Below are positions 58,308-64,000 of a stretch of 64,000 nt of DNA, piece by piece. A program made the translations under genes and the position numbers. Each line of letters begins with the position of its first letter. Position 1 is the first letter of the stretch. The notes under the pieces are model-generated. The model saw only the letters and a list, made by a program, of their open reading frames with translations, had not been told where the DNA came from and made no database searches. Source of the stretch: Patescibacteria group bacterium (GTDB lineage Bacteria > Patescibacteriota > Microgenomatia > UBA10105 > UBA927); NCBI GenBank assembly GCA_049322955.1, contig JBMOPU010000012.1:788791-852790 (forward strand), read 5' to 3'.

Positions 58308-59716
58308 AATGTTACCTCCCGTATGACATCGTGTTCCCAATTATATATGTCTCCCGCGCCCATAAACATAACGACGGTATCATGATTCGACAGGGTGCGA
58401 AGAAGGGTTGCCACCGCGTTTTGGTCTTTTGCAAAATGCACCTCTTTGTGATGGGGAGAAAGCTCATTAACGAGCGTCATTCCCGTGATACCCAGCGTAT
58501 CGTGTTCCCGGGCGGACGCGTAAATATCGGTAAGAATGACGGTGTCCGCATCCGAAAAACACGCGCCGAATTCTTTTAACAGCGTTTTGGTTCGGGAGTA
58601 CGTATGCGGCTGAAATACGGCAATAATCCGGGATGACGGATACCATGATCTTGCGGCCTTGAGCGTTGCCGCTATCTCGGTGGGGTGATGGGCGTAATCG
58701 TCGTAGAAACGAAGCGTGTCGGTACTTCCGGGTAACGCCTCAAACCGTCGTTTTGTGCCCGTAAATCCGGTGATGCCTTCCTTGAGTACGTCCCAACCGA
58801 CGCCCGCAATATGCGCGGAAACCATTGCCGCCACGGCATTTAACACGTTATGCCTGCCGGGAACCTTCAGCGAAAATTCACCCAGCGAAACACCGCGTTC
58901 GTGCAACGTAAAAAACATTCTGCCGTTCCCCACCCCCACATGCGTAATCTGATACTCCGCATTCGGGGAGAACCCGAACGTCACGACGTTTTGTTTGCCG
59001 AGAAGCACTCTGCTGTTGGCATCGTCGGCATTACATACGACGGTGGTACTTTTTTCCTGCAGTTTGGTAAATGCCGCCTGGACCTGGGCAAGATCGGCGT
59101 ACGCATCGGGGTGATCAAAATCAATGTTCGTAACGATGAGTATTTCGGGAACAAGCCACAGAAACCGCGGCGTCTGATCATGACCGGGATCAGTGACATA
59201 TTCATCGCCCTCGGCGATGAAAAAACTGCCTTTTCCTTTTCTGCCCGCGGCTCCCAAACCGTTAATCGATCCGCACCCGATCGCCCAGCTCGGTTCACTT
59301 CCGGCGCGGGAAAGGAGCACCGCAACCATGGCACTCGTCGTCGTTTTACCGTGGCTCCCCGAAACGACGATCTGACGTGTTCCCTGCATGATCATCCCGA
59401 GTGCCTGCCCGTGCGGAAATACGGGGATGCCCGCTTCCCGTGCGGCAACGACCTCTACATTATCCCGTCCGTTATGCGCTCCGGTATAATACACGACGTC
59501 GGGTGCCTGCTTCCCCGTCATCCTTGATGCGTCAAAGCCGACCGAGACGGGAATCCGTGCCCGATCAAGTTCTTCCTTTGTGGGGAAATCATCCGCAATA
59601 TCGCTTCCCGTCACCTTCACTCCGCAATCGTTGAGATAAACGGCAAGCGCCGACATGGCGACGCCCTTGACCCCCACAAGATGGGCATGCTTATACGGAA
59701 AGTTTGTGTGTTTCAT
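58304..59716 (-). CDS. murC: UDP-N-acetylmuramate--L-alanine ligase MurC
   Basis: Mur ligase N-terminal Rossmann (LVGVKGVAMSALA), P-loop SGSHGKTTT, and MurC-specific DDYAHHP. Confidence 0.9.
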   Translation of the reverse strand: MKHTNFPYKHAHLVGVKGVAMSALAVYLNDCGVKVTGSDIADDFPTKEELDRARIPVSVGFDASRMTGKQAPDVVYYTGAHNGRDNVEVVAAREAGIPVFPHGQALGMIMQGTRQIVVSGSHGKTTTSAMVAVLLSRAGSEPSWAIGCGSINGLGAAGRKGKGSFFIAEGDEYVTDPGHDQTPRFLWLVPEILIVTNIDFDHPDAYADLAQVQAAFTKLQEKSTTVVCNADDANSRVLLGKQNVVTFGFSPNAEYQITHVGVGNGRMFFTLHERGVSLGEFSLKVPGRHNVLNAVAAMVSAHIAGVGWDVLKEGITGFTGTKRRFEALPGSTDTLRFYDDYAHHPTEIAATLKAARSWYPSSRIIAVFQPHTYSRTKTLLKEFGACFSDADTVILTDIYASAREHDTLGITGMTLVNELSPHHKEVHFAKDQNAVATLLRTLSNHDTVVMFMGAGDIYNWEHDVIREVTL

Positions 59717-59745
59717 AATGAATTATCCGGTAATGCCGATCACCC

Positions 59746-60441
59746 CTATAATTTCTCCGAATGTTTCCTTGGTATCTTTGCGAAACGAAAAAAACGGTCA
59801 TTCTGACACGACGTGCAGGTAACCGGCGCATCAATGTGTACCTGGGTAACGCCTGCGGTAAGAAGCAGTTGTCTGTTCGCATAGCCGATATCAGCGTACC
59901 AGGTATCACCGCTGTTTGAGATAATGAGCGGATCATTACCGAACTTTTTTGCAAACAACTCAGCCCGATCACTCCCTATAGCATAACAGCATCTGCCGAT
60001 ATGCGGACCGATCGATGCATAGATAGTAGCAGGCGTGGCTCCCTGTTGTGTCATACGGGTCACCGCATTTTGCACGATACCGGCAAGCGTTCCCTTCCAG
60101 CCCGCATGCACCGCGGCGACAACTTTTGCCACCGGATCCGCAAGAAGCACCGGCACACAGTCCGCAACATGCACTTCCAGCATGACGGATGGATCCGCCG
60201 TTACCACTCCGTCGACTCCCGAAACCGTCCGGGGAAACGTCGCATCGACGACCGCAACGTCCGAAGCGTGCACCTGTTGCCCCCGAATGACGGGACGGGT
60301 GGTGCCGATAACTTTTTTGATAAACGCATCCGTATTGGTTGCGATTCGTCCGTCACCCATTGTGCGATCCGAATAGCCGTGCGTAATGCCGGGAAGTCCC
60401 GAAAGAAGTGTCGATTGCCCTCTGCCGTTTGTATAAATCAT
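59746..60441 (-). CDS. pgeF: Peptidoglycan editing factor PgeF / YfiH (Cu-oxidase_4, DUF152)
   Basis: HVADCVPVLL and AAVHAGWKG motifs. Confidence 0.8.
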   Translation of the reverse strand: MIYTNGRGQSTLLSGLPGITHGYSDRTMGDGRIATNTDAFIKKVIGTTRPVIRGQQVHASDVAVVDATFPRTVSGVDGVVTADPSVMLEVHVADCVPVLLADPVAKVVAAVHAGWKGTLAGIVQNAVTRMTQQGATPATIYASIGPHIGRCCYAIGSDRAELFAKKFGNDPLIISNSGDTWYADIGYANRQLLLTAGVTQVHIDAPVTCTSCQNDRFFRFAKIPRKHSEKL

Positions 60442-61658
60442 CGTGATTTCTTCCGCTTTGCCAAAAGCTTTTTTGCCGCAGACGCATCACTCCAGGGATA
60501 TTCCTTTGTCCCGCGACACAAACTTTGTTCGTGACCTTTTCCAGTCAATATAACGATATCCCCCGGTTTGGCCTGTGAAAACGCAAATACGACCGCGTCT
60601 TTGCGATTGGGGTACCGATGGACTTCTTTGCCCTCGGGAATGCCTTTTGCGATGGCATCCATGATATCCTCGACGTTTTCGGTGCGGAAATCCTCCTCGG
60701 TTAATACGATACAGTTGGCGTATTTTGCCGATGCAGCTCCCATCAGCGGCCGTTTTGACTGATCCCGAAGTCCCGCGCTTCCGAACACGTGAATCAGGCG
60801 TTTTCGCGTCATCTTTCGGACCGTTGAAAGCGCTTTTTCCAATGCGTTGGGAGTGTGGGCAAAATCAACAATAACCTTGAACGGTTTTTCCGCAATGACC
60901 TGCATCCTCCCCACCACCCCCGAAAAATGCTTGAGGGCAGAAAGCGAAACGGAACGGGAAATACCCAAAGCATCCGCGACGGCAAGCGCGGCAAGCGCGT
61001 TATACCGGTTGAACATACCGGGGATCTTGAGGCGCACGGGATGAGTTTTGGGATTCACCATACTGTCGCGGCGTATGCCGTAAGTGATGTAGCGTTTCTT
61101 GGTAAGATACGGCATGCCCGCCATATAAACGTTTGCTTCATCGCGGTTTATGACGGCAACTTTTGCCTGCGAAAGCAGGGTAAGTTTAGTTTTCCGATAG
61201 TTTTCAAACGTGCCGTGCCAATCAAGATGTTCGTGCGTGATATTGGTGATCGCTCCCACGGCAAATCGAACACCGAACACCCGGGACTGACTTAGGGCGT
61301 GGGACGTAACTTCAAGTACCATGTGGGTGTCGCCGTGATCCACCGCCTCCCGCAGATACCGCTGTACCCACCAGGCGGTGGGGGTGGTGACATGGAATCC
61401 CGTGTCATAGGAACGCCCCGCAATCACCGCATGCACCGAGGTGATCATGGAGGCTTTTACCTTGGCTTTTTTCAAAATTTCATACACCATCGTGGTCGTG
61501 GTGGTTTTCCCGTCCGTACCCGTGATACCGATAACCGTGAGTGACCGGCTCGGAAACCGGAACCAGATATTGGCCACAATAGCCACCGCGAGATGGTAGA
61601 GCCCCTTGAGGGTTCGTAGCATGAGGCTATTATACCGAAAGTAAGCCGACAAGAGCAA
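60438..61658 (-). CDS. murE: UDP-MurNAc-L-Ala-D-Glu--diamino acid ligase MurE (short N-terminus)
   Basis: P-loop GITGTDGKTTTT only ~42 aa from N-terminus; MurE-type DFAHTPNALEKAL (DYAHTPDAL-like) and GSAGLRDQSKRPLMG; specificity motif reads EDFRTE rather than DNPR. Confidence 0.75.
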   Translation of the reverse strand: MLLSAYFRYNSLMLRTLKGLYHLAVAIVANIWFRFPSRSLTVIGITGTDGKTTTTTMVYEILKKAKVKASMITSVHAVIAGRSYDTGFHVTTPTAWWVQRYLREAVDHGDTHMVLEVTSHALSQSRVFGVRFAVGAITNITHEHLDWHGTFENYRKTKLTLLSQAKVAVINRDEANVYMAGMPYLTKKRYITYGIRRDSMVNPKTHPVRLKIPGMFNRYNALAALAVADALGISRSVSLSALKHFSGVVGRMQVIAEKPFKVIVDFAHTPNALEKALSTVRKMTRKRLIHVFGSAGLRDQSKRPLMGAASAKYANCIVLTEEDFRTENVEDIMDAIAKGIPEGKEVHRYPNRKDAVVFAFSQAKPGDIVILTGKGHEQSLCRGTKEYPWSDASAAKKLLAKRKKSR

Positions 61659-61689
61659 AAAAGCACGCTCAAAACGCCCACGCCTGTTT

Positions 61690-61843
61690 CATCCGGTGGA
61701 AGGGAAAATCGTTGGGAAAAAACCGCAGGTTTTGTCCCAAAGTGGTCAGCGCCCGAGGAAGCCTCGTCCACAACCGTTCATCTGAAGGGAAAATCGTTGG
61801 GAAAAAACCGCAGGTTTTGTCCCAAAGTGGTCAGCGCTCTATG
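61690..61843. repeat. Intergenic tandem direct repeat (two ~54-60-nt units, 85-nt period), each carrying a near-perfect 11-bp stem-loop
   Basis: Unit 1 61699-61752 and unit 2 61784-61837 are identical (GAAGGGAAAATCGTTGGGAAAAAACCGCAGGTTTTGTCCCAAAGTGGTCAGCGC); each contains hairpin GGGAAAAAACC-GCA-GGTTTTGTCCC; spacers contain further hairpins (CGAGGAAGCCTCG; CTGGGGAGGAATTCCCCAG). The two ORF-track ORFs 61712.. and 61797.. share an identical N-terminus because of this repeat. Confidence 0.55.
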
Positions 61844-63529
61844 TTACTGGGGAGGAATTCCCCAGTACGTGAACAGATCACGCGCAATCGTAAAAAACAG
61901 CGGTGCGGCGGTCTCCGATCCCCAGGGAGAACTCGTGGTCTCGCGAAGCGTCACCAACATAACAAAGCGCGGATTATCTGCGGGAGCAAACCCCACAAAT
62001 GAAGCGATCGTTTTTGTGGCATCGTAATGCCCTGCGATGGGGATCTGGGCCGTTCCGGTTTTCCCCGCCACCCGATAGCCTTTGGGTTTTGCCCATTTCG
62101 CTTCACCGTTATCGACGGCCGCCACCATCATTTCGGTGACAATGCGCGCGGTTTCCGGCTTGAGCACCTGTTGCACCGTTTTGGGCGGGATAGTGATGGT
62201 TTTTCCCGTTGCCTCCCGTATTTCCTTCACAACATGCGGCTCCATGAGCTTTCCGCCGTTGGCGAGCGCGGCTATCGCGCGTACCATCTGCACGGGTGTT
62301 ACCGCGATACCCTGGCCGAACGATGCGGTGTATTGGTCGACTTCACCCCACTCCTTATCGGCACGCAGATCGGGAGAGGCCTCGTCCTCGAGGTCTATGC
62401 GCGTTATCTTGCCGAAGCCGTATTTTTTAATCGCGCCGATGAGTTTATCCTTGCCTAATTTTTTCGCCACATAGACCATACCGACGTTACTGGAGTACTC
62501 GAGCACCTGGGTCATCGTTATTTTGCCGTGATATTGGTTATTCCAGGTGCGTATTTTATACGGTCCCACTTCAACCGGCGCGTCTTCATCCATGACCGTA
62601 TCGGGCTCAACCAGGTTTTCATCAATAGCCGAGGCCATAATGAGGGCCTTAAACGTACTTCCCGGCTCAAACGAACTTCCCACAATGGGATTTTTATACA
62701 GGGATTTATCAAACGCTGAAAAATTCCGTGCGTCATAGTTGGGGAATGCCGCCATGGCAAGAATGCCTCCGGTAGAAGGATCCATGACCACGATGTTGCC
62801 TTCCTTCGCCCCGTACCGTTCCATGCCTTCCTTAAGTCGCCGTTCCACGATCTGTTGCACCACTTTATCCATCCATAACACCAAGGTGCGTCCGTCCTCG
62901 GGCGATATCCGATCTTCCTGACTGATAAGGATAGGGGCACCGTGGGCGTCTTTTTCGAGTCTTCGGGAACCGTCTATACCGCGGAGCTGTCTATCGTAAT
63001 ACCCTTCCAGACCGAAGTACCCTTTGTCCGAACCGTTGACGTCGCTCCCCACAAACCCCGTGAGGTGAGCCGCCGTCGAAGCCTCGGGATAAAACCGCTT
63101 TGGTTCTTTCTCAAATCCCAAACCGCTTAATTGTAACGCCTTGAGCTCGGTTACCACGGGCAGTTCGACTTTGTGGGCAAAGGGCACCCACACCCGGGAC
63201 GTATCGGATAAATCCGTCGCCATTTTGACGGGATCAAGTCCTAAAATTTTGGCCACCTTTTCCGAAAAATCCCGGACATCCGTGATGGTTCGCGGCTCGC
63301 CGTACACCACATAGGCGGGCTGATTTACCACAATCGGTGCGTATTTGCTGTCCAGAATTTCGCCGCGGGCGGCGGGAACCGTAAATTGTATGAAGTGCTG
63401 ATTGGCGGCGGCTTTTTGGAGCCTTGCTCCCGAAATAATCTGCCAGTAAAAAAGACGCATGATAACCAGCGAGAATCCGATCGCGAACAAGGTAAAAAGC
63501 AGTGAGGAGCGACGCTGTGTAGTGCCCAT
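61844..63529 (-). CDS. ftsI: Peptidoglycan D,D-transpeptidase FtsI (class B PBP)
   Basis: N-terminal TM, PBP dimerisation domain, transpeptidase motifs STFK (GSTFKALI), SSN (YSSNVG), KTGT (GKTGTAQ). Confidence 0.9.
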   Translation of the reverse strand: MGTTQRRSSLLFTLFAIGFSLVIMRLFYWQIISGARLQKAAANQHFIQFTVPAARGEILDSKYAPIVVNQPAYVVYGEPRTITDVRDFSEKVAKILGLDPVKMATDLSDTSRVWVPFAHKVELPVVTELKALQLSGLGFEKEPKRFYPEASTAAHLTGFVGSDVNGSDKGYFGLEGYYDRQLRGIDGSRRLEKDAHGAPILISQEDRISPEDGRTLVLWMDKVVQQIVERRLKEGMERYGAKEGNIVVMDPSTGGILAMAAFPNYDARNFSAFDKSLYKNPIVGSSFEPGSTFKALIMASAIDENLVEPDTVMDEDAPVEVGPYKIRTWNNQYHGKITMTQVLEYSSNVGMVYVAKKLGKDKLIGAIKKYGFGKITRIDLEDEASPDLRADKEWGEVDQYTASFGQGIAVTPVQMVRAIAALANGGKLMEPHVVKEIREATGKTITIPPKTVQQVLKPETARIVTEMMVAAVDNGEAKWAKPKGYRVAGKTGTAQIPIAGHYDATKTIASFVGFAPADNPRFVMLVTLRETTSSPWGSETAAPLFFTIARDLFTYWGIPPQ

Positions 63530-63553
63530 TCCATTATCCTACCACGGACAGCA

Positions 63554-63877
63554 CTACTGTACCGGGGTAAGTAGCGCGTTATGACCGGTATCCAATGCGA
63601 CCGGTACCTGTAACGATAGGTTAAGAATCTGTTTGGTGGTAGGCTCGACGAATCCTTCGGCTAGCGCGCGTTCACGAAGCTGTAACAACGATGAGGCGGA
63701 GGCAACTGCTATGGTAAGTGATTCACGAGCCTCATTCTCTATGCGAACGTCGTGATCAAGAGAAGCCATTTTTTTGCCGAGTGTGGCAAGTTCATTGGAG
63801 ATGATGACCTGGACGATAAGAAGGACGATAGCGGTAATGGGCAGAAGTATTTCAGCGATTCGTAGCAGGCGTTTCAT
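63554..63877 (-). CDS. ftsL: Cell division protein FtsL-like (single TM + coiled coil)
   Basis: 107 aa, TM helix LLPITAIVLLIVQVIISN followed by heptad-like region; conserved position between rsmH and ftsI. Confidence 0.5.
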   Translation of the reverse strand: MKRLLRIAEILLPITAIVLLIVQVIISNELATLGKKMASLDHDVRIENEARESLTIAVASASSLLQLRERALAEGFVEPTTKQILNLSLQVPVALDTGHNALLTPVQ

Positions 63878-64000
63878 GGTTTTGTTTTGTTGCTATTCGT
63901 AATTTTGCACTTCGGCTTCTCCGGTTGTTTTCCGCTTCTTCATCGGTCGGCCGTATGGGATGTACCGTTTCCACTTTCCACCCGGCTTTCCGCATAAATA
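63852..64000 (-). CDS. rsmH: 16S rRNA m4C1402 methyltransferase RsmH (MraW), C-terminal fragment (gene continues beyond window end)
   Basis: Manual translation of minus strand frame gives ...DEEAENNRRSRSAKLRIATKQNHETPATNR*, matching the conserved RsmH C-terminal NPRSRSAKLR motif; stop (TGA) at 63854..63852, overlapping ftsL start by 26 nt. Confidence 0.55.
   Translation of the reverse strand, partial: FMRKAGWKVETVHPIRPTDEEAENNRRSRSAKLRIATKQNHETPATNR

Noticed and set aside
58850-59527. 225-aa + strand ORF inside murC
   Set aside because: Antisense to murC.

Overview
The window looks like a compact stretch of a small bacterial chromosome. A Candidate Phyla Radiation / Patescibacteria origin is possible but is an inference from gene content and weak Shine-Dalgarno usage. 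About 80% is coding, with almost all essential genes on the minus strand. Landmarks in order:

- **1-6 kb, housekeeping:** rpiB, a PIG-L deacetylase, a Na+/Ca2+ antiporter, mltG, an RlmI-like methyltransferase and tRNA-Thr(CGT).
- **6.8-18.9 kb, glycosylation island:** an O-antigen-ligase-like protein, a DUF2029/GT87-like protein, three GT2, two GT4 and two large ArnT/PMT-like GT-C membrane proteins, a Zn-ribbon methyltransferase and a secreted lipase with a Pro/Thr linker. The 15.4-17.5 kb sub-block is conspicuously AT-rich.
- **20.4-29.2 kb:** a membrane-anchored thermonuclease, tRNA-Val(GAC) and lepB, then a long minus-strand operon ileS-rodA-rplU-(THUMP methyltransferase)-rpmA-parB. A T-box leader with a terminator sits directly upstream of ileS.
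- **29.2-32.4 kb:** a MacA/MacB-type tripartite ABC exporter operon.
- **32.4-41.5 kb, accessory stretch:** a 600-bp structured intergenic region, a DUF360 holin-like protein, an RDD protein, a YgjP-like HExxH peptidase, an intracellular trypsin-like protease and a bPH_2 membrane protein. It also holds an AT-rich insertion with a secreted protein carrying a strong GGAGG ribosome-binding site, flanked by terminators, and a GC-rich gene with two LAGLIDADG-like motifs immediately upstream of ftsZ.
- **41.5-64 kb, expanded division/cell-wall cluster:** ftsZ-ftsA-ftsQ-murG-ftsW-mraY-dgkA-femAB-MBL-cvpA/CAP-degT-murF-hydrolase-glmU-like-murA-murB-murC-pgeF-murE-[tandem repeat]-ftsI-ftsL-rsmH(partial). 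murD is absent. MurF carries an N-terminal multi-transmembrane extension and MurE an unusually short N-terminus.

No CRISPR array, transposase or integrase was found.
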